DNA of 64,000 bases from the NCBI GenBank assembly GCA_964016885.1, contig OZ024740.1:319982001-320046000 (forward strand), in the 5' to 3' direction. Origin of the DNA: Eledone cirrhosa. Lineage: Eukaryota. The translations under genes and the position numbers were made by a program. Of the stretch, positions 1 through 12,900 are shown in pieces; the first letter of the stretch is position 1, and each line of letters opens with the position of its first letter. Below the pieces are notes generated by a model. The model was not told the DNA's origin. It ran no database searches and was given only the letters and a program-made list of their open reading frames with translations.

Positions 1-728
1 CATCAACACCACCACCCCAACATCAATATTACCACCACCACCGCCACCACCATCACCACCATTACTATCATCAACGCCACCGCCACCACCACCACCACAA
101 CCAAAACCACCACCACCCCCAAATCAATACCACCACCACTACCGCCACCACCATCACCACCACCACAACCACCACCACCACCACCACCATCCACCACCCA
201 CCATCACCATCAATACTACCACAAACAGTTCCATCACCATCACCACATCCATAAAAACACCACCTGTTACTTACCGTCAACATCACTAATAGCACACTGT
301 GTCCACCTCCACCACCACCACTAATAGTACCCCGTCACCACCTGCACCACGACCACTAATAGCACCCCGTCACCACTTCCACCACCACCACTAATAGCAC
401 CCCGTCACCACCTCTACCACCACTACTAGCACCACCACCGCCACTGATAGCACCCCGTCACCACCTCCGTCACCACCACTAGCACCACCACCGCCACTAA
501 TAGCACCCCGCCACCACCTCCGTCACCACCACTAGCACCACCATCACCACTATTAGCACCCCGTCACCACCTCCACCACCACCACTAGCACCACCACCAC
601 CACTACTAGCACCCCGTCACCACCTCCACCACCAACACTAGCACCACCACCACCACTAATGGCACCCCGTACCCCATTACGACCATCCCACCGTCATCAC
701 CATCAGTAACCCCACCACCAACACCATC
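1..728. repeat. CAC/ACC-rich low-complexity tract containing a 35/56-bp minisatellite (about 283-680)
   Basis: Degenerate (CAC)n. Anchor CTAATAG(C/T)ACCCCGTCACCAC recurs at 321, 356 and 391 (35-bp period), then alternates with TAGCACCACCACCGCCAC inserts. Confidence 0.9.
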
Positions 729-754
729 AGAAACGAGAGAGCAATAAATCTGAT

Positions 755-917
755 CATTCGACCTGCTAGAAATAGCGATCAAATCCCACTCGAATATCGC
801 GCTGTCGTATTTACAAAAAGACAAGGTAAAGAATGCCAGAAAAAGATAATATGGTCATGGCTAGTCATAAAATGATCGTAGGTTTACTGGTCACAAATAA
901 CCTAGGGCTAAACAACA
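755..917 (+). mobile_element. Remnant of an interspersed octopus SINE-like retroposon (body and 3' end), continuous with the first satellite monomer
   Basis: TTCGACCTGCTAGAAATAGC..CAAATC.C.CTC.AA..ATGGTCATGGCT..TGATCGTAGGT..ACCTAGGGCTAAACAACA follows, from memory, the motif order of a common Octopus repeat ending in GACCTGGGGCTAAACAACAAC. Not verified by search. Confidence 0.6.
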
Positions 918-3900
918 CTATTGATGGTCATGGCTGGTCTTAAAATGATCGTGATCGTAGGTTTACTGGTCACAAGTAAACTAGGGCTAAACAACACTAT
1001 TGATGGTCATGGCTGGTCTTAAAGTGATCGTGATCGTAGGTTTACTGGTCACAAGTAAACTAGGGCTAAACAACACTGTTGATGGTCATGGCTGGTCTTA
1101 AAATGATCGTGATCGTAGGTTTACTGGTCACAAATAACCTAGGGCTAAAGAACACTATTGGTGGTCATGGCTGGTCTTAAAATGATCGTGATCGTAGGTT
1201 TACTGGTCACAAGTAACCTAGGGCGAAACAACACTATTGATGGTCATGGCTGGTCTTAAAATGATCGTGATCGTAGGTTTACTGGTCACAAGTAACCTAG
1301 GTCTAAACAACACTATTGATTATCATGACTGGTCTTAAAATGATCGTGATCGTAGGTTTTACCGGGCACAAGTAGCCTAGGGCTAAACAACACTAATGAT
1401 GGTCATGGCTGGTCTTAAAATGATCGTGATCGTAGGTTTACTGGTCACAAGTAACCTAGGGCTAAACATCACTATTGGTGGTCATGGCTGGTCTTAAAAT
1501 GATCGTGATCGTAGGTTTACTGGTCACAAGTAAACTAGGGCTAAACAACACTATTGATGGTCATGGCTGGTCTTAAAATGATCGTGATCGTAGGTTTACT
1601 GGTCACAAATAACCTAGGGCTAAAGAACACTATTGATGGTCATGGCTGGTCTTAAAATGATCGTGATCGTAGGTTTAAAGTGTCACCAATAACCTAGGGC
1701 TAAACAAAACTATTGATGGTCATGGCTGGTCTTAAAATAATCGTGATCGTAGGTTTAAAGGGTCACCACTAACCTAGGGCTAAACAACACTATTGATGGT
1801 CATGGCTGGTCTTAAAATGATCGTGATCGTAGGTTTAAAGGGTCACCACTAACCTAGGGCTAAACAACACTATTGATGGTCATGGCTGGTCTTAAAATGA
1901 TCGTGATCGTAGGTTTAAAGAGTCACCAATAACCTAGGGCTAAACAAAACTATTGATGGTCATGGCTGGTCTTAAAATGATCGTGATCGTAGGTTTACTG
2001 GTCACAAATAACCTAGGGCTAAACAACACTATTGATGGTCATGGTTGGTCTTAAAATAATCGTGATCGTAGGTTTAAAGGGTCACCACTAACCTAGGGCT
2101 AAACAACACTATTGATCGTCATGGCTGGTCTTAAAATGATCGTGATCGTAGGTTTGAAGGGTCACCACTAACCCCGAGCTAAACAACACTATTGATGGTC
2201 ATGGCTGGTCTTAAAATGATCGTGATGGTAGCTTTACTGGTCACAAGAAACCTAGGGCTAAACAACACTAATGATGGTCATGGCTGGTCTTAAAATGATC
2301 GTGATCGTAGATTTACTGGTCACAAATAACCTAGGGCTAAACAACACTATTGATAGTCATCGCTGGTCTTAAAATGATCGTGATCGTAGGTTTACTGGTC
2401 ACAAGTAACCTAGGTCTAAACAACACTATTGATTATCATGACTGGTCTTAAAATGATCGTGATCGTAGGTTTTACCGGGCACAAGTAGCCTAGGGCTAAA
2501 CAACACTAATGATGCTCATGGCTGGTCTTAAAATGATCGTATGTTTTCTGGTCACAAGTAACCTAGGGCTAAATAACACTATTGATGGTCATGACTGTTC
2601 TTAAAATGATCGTGATCGTAGGTTTACTGGTCACAAATAACCTAGGGCTAAACAACACTATTGATGGTCATGGCTGGTCTTAAAATGATCGTGATCGTAG
2701 GTTTACTGGTCACAAATAACCTAGGGCTAAAGAACACTATTGATGGTCATGGCTGGTCTTAAAATGATCGTGATCGTAGGTTTGAAGGGTCACCACTAAC
2801 CTAGGGCTAAACAACACTATTGATGGTCATGGCTGGTCTTAAAATGATCGTGATGGTAGGTTTACTGGTCAAAAGAAACCTAGGGCTAAACAACAGTAAT
2901 GATGGTCAAGGCTGGTCTTAAAATGATCGTGATCGTAGATTTACTGGTCACAAATAACCTAGGGCTAAACAACACAATTGATAGTCATCGCTGGTCTTAA
3001 AATGATCGTGATCGTAGGTTTACTAGTCAAAAGTAACCTAGGGCTAAACAACACTATTGATGGTCAGCGCTGGTCTTAAAATGATCGTGATCGTAGGTTT
3101 ACTGGTCACAAGTAACCTAGGGCTAAACAACACTATTGATGGTCATGGCTGGTCATAAAATGATCGTGTGTTTACTGGTCACAAGTAACCTAGGGCTAAA
3201 TAACACTATTGATGGTCATGGCTGGTCTTAAAATGATCGTGATGGTAGGTTTACTGGTCACAAGTAACCTAGGGCTAAACAACACTATTGATGTTCATGG
3301 CTGGTCTTAAAATGATCGTGATCGTAGGTTTACTGGCCACAAGTAACCTAGGGCTAAATAACACTAATTATCGTCATGGCTGGTCTTAAAATGTTCGTGA
3401 TCATAGGTTTACTGGTCACAAATAACCTAGGGCTAAATAACACAATCGATGGTCATGGCTGGTCTTAAAATGATCGTGATCGTAGGTTTACTGGTCACAA
3501 ATAACCTAGGGCTAAGCAACACTATTGATGGTCATAACTGGTCTTAAAATGATCGTGATCGTAGGTTTACTGGTCACAAATAACCTAGGGCTAAAGAACA
3601 CTAGTGATGGTCATGGCTGGTCTTAAAATGATCGTGATCGTAGGTTTGAAGGATCACCACTAACCTAGGGCTAAACAACACTATTGATGGTCATGGCTGG
3701 TCTTAAAATGATCGTGATGGTAGGTTTACTGGTCACAAGAAACCTAGGGCTAAACAACAGTAATGATGGTCAAGGCTGGTCTTAAAATGATCGTGATCGT
3801 AGATTTACTGGTCACAAATAACCTAGGGCTAAACAACACTATTGATAGTCATCGCTTGTCTTAAAATGATCGTGATCGTAGGTTTACTAGTCACAAGTAA

Positions 3901-6900
3901 CCTAGGGCTAAACAACACTATTGATGGTCAGCGCTGGTCTTAAAATGATCGTAGGTTTACTGGTCACAAGTAACCTAGGGCTAAACAACACTATTGATGG
4001 TCATGGCTGGTCTTAAAAGGATCGTGATCGTAGGTTTACTGGCCACAAGTAACCTAGGGCTAAACAACACTATTGATGGTCATGGCTGGTCTTAAAATGA
4101 TCGTGATGGTAGGTTTACTGGTCACAAATAACCTAGGGCTAAACAACACTATTGATGGTCATGGCTGGTCTTAAAAGGATCGCGATCGTAGGTTTACTGG
4201 GTCAAAACTAACCTAGGGCTAAACAACACTATTGATGGTCATTGCTGGTCTTAAAATGATCGTGATCGTAGGTTTAAAGGGTCACCACTAACCTAGGGCT
4301 AAACAACACTATTGATGGTCATGGCTGGTCTTAAAATGATCGTGATCGTAGGTTTACTGGTCACAAATAACCTAGGGCTAAACAACACTATTGATGGTCA
4401 TGGCTGGTCTTAAAATGATCGTGATCGTAGGTTTACTGGTCACAAATAACCTAGGGCTAAAGAACACTTTTGATGGTCATGGCTGGTATTAAAATAATCG
4501 TGATCGTAGGTTTAAAGGGTCACCACTAACCTAGGGCTAAACAACACTATTGATCGTCATGGCTGGTCTTAAAATGATCGTGATCGTAGGTTTGAAGGGT
4601 CACCACTAACCTAGGTCTAAACTACACTATTGATGGTCATGGCTGGTCTTAAAATGATCGTATGTTTACTGGTCACAAGTAACCTAGGGCTAAATAACAC
4701 TACTGATGGTCATGGCTGGTCTTAAAATGATCGTGATGGTAGGTTTACTGGTCACAAGTAACCTAGGGCTAATCAACACTATTGATGGCCATCGCTGGTC
4801 TTAAAATGATCGTGATCGTAGATTTACTGGTCACAAATAACCTAGGGCTAAACAACACTATTGATGGTCATGGCTGGTCTTAAAATGATCGTATGTTTAC
4901 TGGTCACAAGTAACCTAGGGCTAAATAACAATATTGATGGTCATGGCTGGTCTTAAAATAATCGTGATGGTAGGTTTACTGGTCACAAATAACCTAGGGC
5001 TAAACAACACTATTGAAGGCCATGGCTGGTCTTAAAAGGATCGTGATCGTAGGTTTACTGGTCACAAGTAACCTAGGGCTAAACAACACTATTGATGGTC
5101 ATGGCTGGTCTTAAAATGATCGTGATCGTAGGTTTACTGGTCACAAGTAATCTATGTCTAAACAACACTATTGATTATCATGACTGGTCTTAAAATGATC
5201 GTGATCGTAGGTTTTACCGGTCACAAGTAGCCTAGGGCTAAACAACACTAATGATGGTCATGGCTGGTCTTAAAATGATCGTGATCGTAGGTTTACTGGT
5301 CACAAATAACCTAGGGCTAAAGAACACTTTTGATGGTCATGGCTGGTATTAAAATAATCGTGATCGTAGGTTTAAAGGGTCACCACTAACCTAGGGCTAA
5401 ACAACACTATTGATCGTCATGGCTGGTCTTAAAATGATCGTGATCGTAGGTTTGAAGGGTCACCACTAACCTAGGTCTAAACAACACTATTGATGGTCAT
5501 GGCTGGTCTTAAAATGATCGTATGTTTACTGGTCACAAGTAACCTAGGGCTAAATAACACTATTGATGGTCATGGCTGGTCTTAAAATGATCGTGATCGT
5601 AGGTTTGAAGGGTCACCACTAACCTAGGTCTAAACAACACTATTGATGGTCATGGCTGGTCTTAAAATGATCGTATGTTTACTGGTCACAAGTAACCTAG
5701 GGCTAAATAACACTATTGATGGTCATGGCTGGTCTTAAAATGATCTTGATCCTAGGTTTACTGGTCACAACTAACCAAGGGCTAAACAACACTATTGATG
5801 TTCATGGCTGGTCTTAAAATGATCGTGATCGTAGGTTTAAAAGGTCACAACTAACCTAGGGCTAAACAACACTATTGATAGTCATCGCTGGTCTTAAAAT
5901 GATCGTGATCGTATGTTTAAAGGGTCACAACTAATCTAGGGCTAAACAACACTATTGATGGTCATCGCTGGTCTAAAAATGATCGTAGGTTTACTGGTCA
6001 CAAGTAACCTAGGGCTAAACAACACTATTGATGTTCATCGCTGGTCTTAAAATGATCATGATCGTAGGTTTACTGGTCACATGTACCCTAGGGCTAAACA
6101 ACACTATTGATGGTCATGGCTGGTCTTAAAATAATCGCGATCGTAGGTTTACTGGTCACAAGTAACCTAGGACTAAACAACACTAATGATGGTAATGGCA
6201 GGTCTTAAAATGATCGTGATCGTAGGTTTACTGGTCACAAATAACTAGGGCTAAACAATACTATTGATCGTCATGGCTGGTCTTATAATAATCGTGATCG
6301 TAGGTTTAAAGGGTCACAACTTACCTAGGTCTAAACAACACTATTGATGGTCATGGCTGGTCTTAAAATTATCGTGATCGTAGGTTTACTGGTCACAAGT
6401 AACCTAGGGCTAAACAACACTATTGATGGTCATGGCTGATCTTAAAATGATCGTGATCGTAGGTTTACTGGTCACAAGTAACCTAGGGTTAAACAACACT
6501 ATTGATGGTCATGGCTGGTCTTAAAATGATCGTGATCGTAGGTTTACTGGTCACAAGTAACCTATGGCTAAACAACACTAATGATGGTCATGGCTGGTCT
6601 TAAAATGATCGTCAATCGTAGGTTTACTGGTCACAAGTAACCTAGGACGAAACAACACTATTGATGGTCATTGCTGGTCTTAAAATGATCGTGATCGTAG
6701 GTTTACTAGTCACAATTAACCTAGGGCTAAACAACACTATTGATGGTCATGGCTGGTCTGAAAATGATCGTGTTCGTAGGTTTACTGGTCACAAATAACC
6801 TATGGCTAAACAACACTATTGATGGTCATGGCTTGTCTTAAAATGATCGTTATCGTAGGTTTACTGGTCACAAGTAACCTAGGGCTAAACAACAGTAATG

Positions 6901-9900
6901 ATTGTCCTGGCTGGTCTTAAAATGATCGTGATCGTAGGTTTACTGGTCACAAATAACCTAGGGGTAAACAACAATATTGATGGTCATGGCTGGTCTTAAA
7001 ATGATCGTGATCGTAGGTTTACTGGTCACAAGTAACCTAGGGCTAAACAACAGTAATGATTGTCCTGGCTGGTCTTAACATGATCGTGATCGTAGGATAA
7101 CTGGTCACAAATAACCTAGGGCTAAACAACACTATTGATGGTCATGGCTGATCTTAAAATGATCGTGATCGTAGGTTTACTGGTCACAAGTAACCTAGGG
7201 TTAAACAAAACTATTGATGGTCATGGCTGGTCTTAAAATGATCGTGATCGTAGGTTTACTGGTCACAAGTAACCTATGGCTAAACAACACTAATGATGGT
7301 CATGGCTGGTCTTAAAATGATCGTCAATCGTAGGTTTACTGGTCACAAGTAACCTAGGACGAAACAACATTATTGATGGTCATTGCTGGTCTTAAAATGA
7401 TCGTGATCGTAGGTTTACTGGTCACAATTAACCTAGGGCTAAACAACACTATTGATGGTCATGGATGGTCTTAAAATGATCGTGTTCGTAGGTTTACTGG
7501 TCACAAATAACCTATGGCTAAACAACACTATTGATGGTCATGGCTTGTCTTAAAATGATCGTGATCGTAGGCTTACTGGTCACAAGTAACCTGGGCTAAA
7601 CAACACTATTGATGGTCATGGCTGGTCTTAAAATGATCGCGATGGTAGGGTTACTGGTCACAAGTAACCTAGGGCTAAACAACACTATTGATGGTCATGG
7701 CTGGTCTTAAAATGATCGTGATCGTAGGTTTACTGGTCACAAATAACCTAGGGCTAAACAACAATATTGATTGTCATAGCTGGTCTTAAAATGATCGTGA
7801 TCGTAGGTTTAAAGGGTCACAAGTAACCTAGGGCTAAACAACACTATTGATGGTCATGGCTGGTCTTAAAATGATGGTGATCGTAGGTTTACTGGTCACA
7901 AGTAACCTAGGTCTAAACAACACTAATGATGGTCATGGCTGGTCTTAAAATGATCGTGATCGTAGGTTTACTGGTCACAAGTAACCTAGGGCAAACAACA
8001 GTAATGATGGTCATGGCTGGTCTTAAAATGATGGTGATCGTAGGTTTACTGGTCACAAGTAACCTAGGTCTAAACAACACTAATGATGGTCATGGCTGTT
8101 CTTAAAATGATCGTGATCGTAGGTTTACTGGTCACAAATAACCTAGGGCTAAAGAACACTATTGATGGTCATGGCTGGTCTTAAAATAATCGTGATCGTA
8201 GGTTTAAAGGGTCACAACTAACCTAGGGCTAAACAACACTATTGATCGTCATGGCTGGTCTTAAAATGATCGTGATCGTAGGTTTGAAGGGTCACCACTA
8301 ACCTAGGGCTAAACAACACTATTGATGGTCATGGCTGGTCTTAAAATGATCGTGATGGTAGGTTTACTGGTCACAAGAAACCTAGGGCTAAACAACAGTA
8401 ATGATGGTCAAGGCTGGTCTTAAAATGATCGTGATCGTAGATTTACTGGTCACAAGTAACCTAGGGCTAAACAACACTATTGATGGTCATGGCTGGTCTT
8501 AAAATGATCGTATGTTTACTGGTCACAAGAAACCTAGGGCTAAACAACACTATTGATAGTCATCGCTGGTCTTAAAATGATCGTGATCGTAGGTTTACTA
8601 GTCACAAGTAACCTAGGGCTAAACAACACTATTGATGGTCATGGCTGGTCTTAAAATTATCGTGATCGTAGGTTTACTGGTCACAAGTAACCTAGGGCTA
8701 AAGAACACTAGTGATGGTCATGGCTGGTCTTAAAATGATCGTGATCGTAGGTTTACTGGTCACAAGTAACCTAGGTCTAAACAACACTATTGATTATCAT
8801 GACTGGTCTTAAAATGATCGTGATCGTAGGTTTTACCGGTCACAAGTAGCCTAGGGCTAAACAACACTAATGATGGTCATCGCTGGTCTTAAAATGATCG
8901 TGATCGTAGGTTTACTGGTCACAAGTAACCTAGGGCTAAACATCACTATTGATGGTCATCGCTGGTCTTGAAATGATCGTGATCGTACGTTTGCTGGTCA
9001 CACGTAACCTAGGGCTAAACAACACTATTGATGGTCATGGATGGTCTTAAAATGATCGTGATCGTAGGTTTACTGGTCACAAGTAACCTTGGGCTAAACA
9101 ACACTATTGATGTTCATGGCTGGTCTTAAAATGATCGTGATCGTAGGTTTACTGGTCACAAATAACCTAGGGCTAAACAACAATATTGATGGTCATGGCT
9201 GGTCTTAAAATGATCGTGATCGTAGGTTTACTGGTCACAAATAACCTAGGGCTAAACAACAATATTGATGGTCATGGCTGGTCTTAAAATGATCGTGATC
9301 GTAGGTTTAAAGGGTCACAACTAACCTAGGGCTAAACAATACTATTGATGGTCATGGCTGGGCTTAAAATGATCGTGGTCGTAGGTTTACTGGCCACAAG
9401 AAACCTATGGCTAAACAACACTATTGATGGTCATGGCTGGTCTTAAAATGATCGTATGTTTACTGGTCACAAGTAACCTAGGGCTAAATAACACTATTGA
9501 TGGTCATGGCTGGTCTTAAAATGATCGTGATGGTAGGTTTACTGGTCACAAGTAACCTAGGGCTAATCAACACTATTGATGGCCATCGCTGGTCTTAAAA
9601 TGATCGTGATCGTAGATTTACTGGTCACAAATAACCTAGGGCTAAACAACACTATTGATGGTCATGGCTGGTCTTAAAATGATCGTATGTTTACTGGTCA
9701 CAAGTAACCTAGGGCTAAATAACAATATTGATGGTCATGGCTGGTCTTAAAATAATCGTGATGGTAGGTTTACTGGTCACAAATAACCTAGGGCTAAACA
9801 ACACTATTGATGGCCATGGCTGGTCTTAAAAGGATCGTGATCGTAGGTTTACTGGTCACAAGTAACCTAGGGCTAAACAACACTATTGATGGTCATGGCT

Positions 9901-12900
9901 GGTCTTAAAATGATCGTGATCGTAGGTTTACTGGTCACAAGTAACCTAGGTCTAAACAACACTATTGATTATCATGACTGGTCTTAAAATGATCGTGATC
10001 GTAGGTTTTACCGGTCACAAGTAGCCTAGGGCTAAACAACACTAATGATGGTCATGGCTGGTCTTAAAATGATCGTGATCGTAGGTTTACTGGTCACAAA
10101 TAACCTAGGGCTAAACAACAATATTGATGGTCATGGCTGGTCTTAAAATGATTGTGATCGTATGTTTACTGGTCACAAGTAACCTAGGGCTAAACAACAC
10201 TATTGATGGTCATGGATGGTCTTAAAATGATCGTGATCGTAGGTTTACTGGTCACAAGTAACCTAGGGCTAAACAACACTATTGATGTTCATGGCTGGTC
10301 TTAAAATGATCGTGATCGTAGGTTTACTGGCCACAAGTAACCTAGGTCTAAACAACACTAATGATGGTCATGGCTGGTCTTAAAATGATCGTGATCGTAG
10401 GTTTACTGGTCACAAGTAACCTAGGGCTAAACAATACTATTGATGGTCATGGCTGGTCTTAAAAGGATCGCGATCGTAGGTTTACTGGGTCACAAGTAAC
10501 CTAGGGCTAAACAACACTATTGATGGTCATGGATGGTCTTAAAATGATCGTGATCGTAGGTTTACTGGTCACAAGTAACCTAGGGCTAAACAACACTATT
10601 GATGGTCATTGCTACTCTTAAAATGATCGTGATCGTAGGTTTACTGGCCACAAGAAACCTAGGGCTAAACAACACTAATGATGGTCATGGCTGGTCTTAA
10701 AATGATCTTGATCCTAGGTTTACTGGTCACAACTAACCAAGGGCTAAACAACACTATTGATGTTCATGGCTGGTCTTAAAATGATCGTGATCGTAGGTTT
10801 AAAAGGTCACAACTAACCTAGGGCTAAACAACACTATTGATAGTCATCGCTGGTCTTAAAATGATCGTGATCGTATGTTTAAAGGGTCACAACTAATCTA
10901 GGGCTAAACAACACTATTGATGGTCATCGCTGGTCTAAAAATGATCGTAGGTTTACTGGTCACAAGTAACCTAGGGCTAAACAACACTATTGATGTTCAT
11001 CGCTGGTCTTAAAATGATCATGATCGTAGGTTTACTGGTCACATGTACCCTAGGGCTAAACAACACTATTGATGGTCATGGCTGGTCTTAAAATGATCGT
11101 GTTCGTAGGTTTACTGGTGACAAATAACCTATGGCTAAACAACACTATTGATGGTCATGGCTTGTCTTAAAATGATCGTGATCGTAGGCTTACTGGTCAC
11201 AAGTAACCTAGGGCTAAACAACACTATTGATGGTCATGGCTGGTCTTAAAATGATCGCGATGGTAGGGTTACTGGTCACAAGTAACCTAGGGCTAAACAA
11301 CACTATTGATGGTCATGGCTGGTCTTAAAATGATCGTGATCGTAGGTTTACTGGTCACAAATAACCTAGGGCTAAACAACAATATTGATTGTCATAGCTG
11401 GTCTTAAAATGATCGTGATCGTAGGTTTAAAGGGTCACAAGTAACCTAGGGCTAAACAACACTATTGATGGTCATGGCTGGTCTTAAAATGATGGTGATC
11501 GTAGGTTTACTGGTCACAAGTAACCTAGGTCTAAACAACACTAATGATGGTCATGGCTGGTCTTAAAATGATCGTGATCGTAGGTTTACTGGTCACAAGT
11601 AACCTAGGGCAAACAACAGTAATGATGGTCATGGCTGTTCTTAAAATGATCGTGATCGTAGGTTTACTGGTCACAAATAACCTAGGGCTAAAGAACACTA
11701 TTGATGGTCATGGCTGGTCTTAAAATAATCGTGATCGTAGGTTTAAAGGGTCACAACTAACCTAGGGCTAAACAACACTATTGATCGTCATGGCTGGTCT
11801 TAAAATGATCGTGATCGTAGGTTTGAAGGGTCACCACTAACCTAGGGCTAAACAACACTATTGATGGTCATGGCTGGTCTTAAAATGATCGTGATGGTAG
11901 GTTTACTGGTCACAAGAAACCTAGGGCTAAACAACAGTAATGATGGTCAAGGCTGGTCTTAAAATGATCGTGATCGTAGATTTACTGGTCACAAGTAACC
12001 TAGGGCTAAACAACACTATTGATGGTCATGGCTGGTCTTAAAATGATCGTATGTTTACTGGTCACAAGAAACCTAGGGCTAAACAACACTATTGATAGTC
12101 ATCGCTGGTCTTAAAATGATCGTGATCGTAGGTTTACTAGTCACAAGTAACCTAGGGCTAAACAACACTATTGATGGTCATGGCTGGTCTTAAAATGATC
12201 GTGATCGTAGGTTTACTGGTCACAAGTAACCTAGGGCTAAAGAACACTATTGATGGTCATGGCTGGTCTTAAAATGATCGTGATCGTAGGTTTACTGGTC
12301 ACAAGTAACCTAGGTCTAAACAACACTATTGATTATCATGACTGGTCTTAAAATGATCGTGATCGTAGGTTTTACCGGTCACAGGTAGCCTAGGGCTAAA
12401 CAACACTAATGATGGTCATCGCTGGTCTTAAAATGATCGTGATCGTAGGTTTACTGGTCACAAGTAACCTAGGGCTAAACATCACTATTGATGGTCATCG
12501 CTGGTCTTGAAATGATCGTGATCGTACGTTTACTGGTCACACGTAACCTAGGGCTAAACAACACTATTGATGGTCATGGATGGTCTTAAAATGATCGTGA
12601 TCGTAGGTTTACTGGTCACAAGTAACCTTGGGCTAAACAACACTATTGATGTTCATGGCTGGTCTTAAAATGATCGTGATCGTAGGTTTACTGGTCACAA
12701 ATAATCTAGGGCTAAACAACAATATTGATGGTCATGGCTGGTCTTAAAATGATCGTGATCGTAGGTTTACTGGTCACAAATAACCTAGGGCTAAACAACA
12801 ATATTGATGGTCATGGCTGGTCTTAAAATGATCGTGATCGTAGGTTTAAAGGGTCACAACTAACCTAGGGCTAAACAATACTATTGATGGTCATGGCTGG

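Noticed and set aside
3-824. Short minus-strand ORFs
   Set aside because: Low-complexity translations of the CAC tract.
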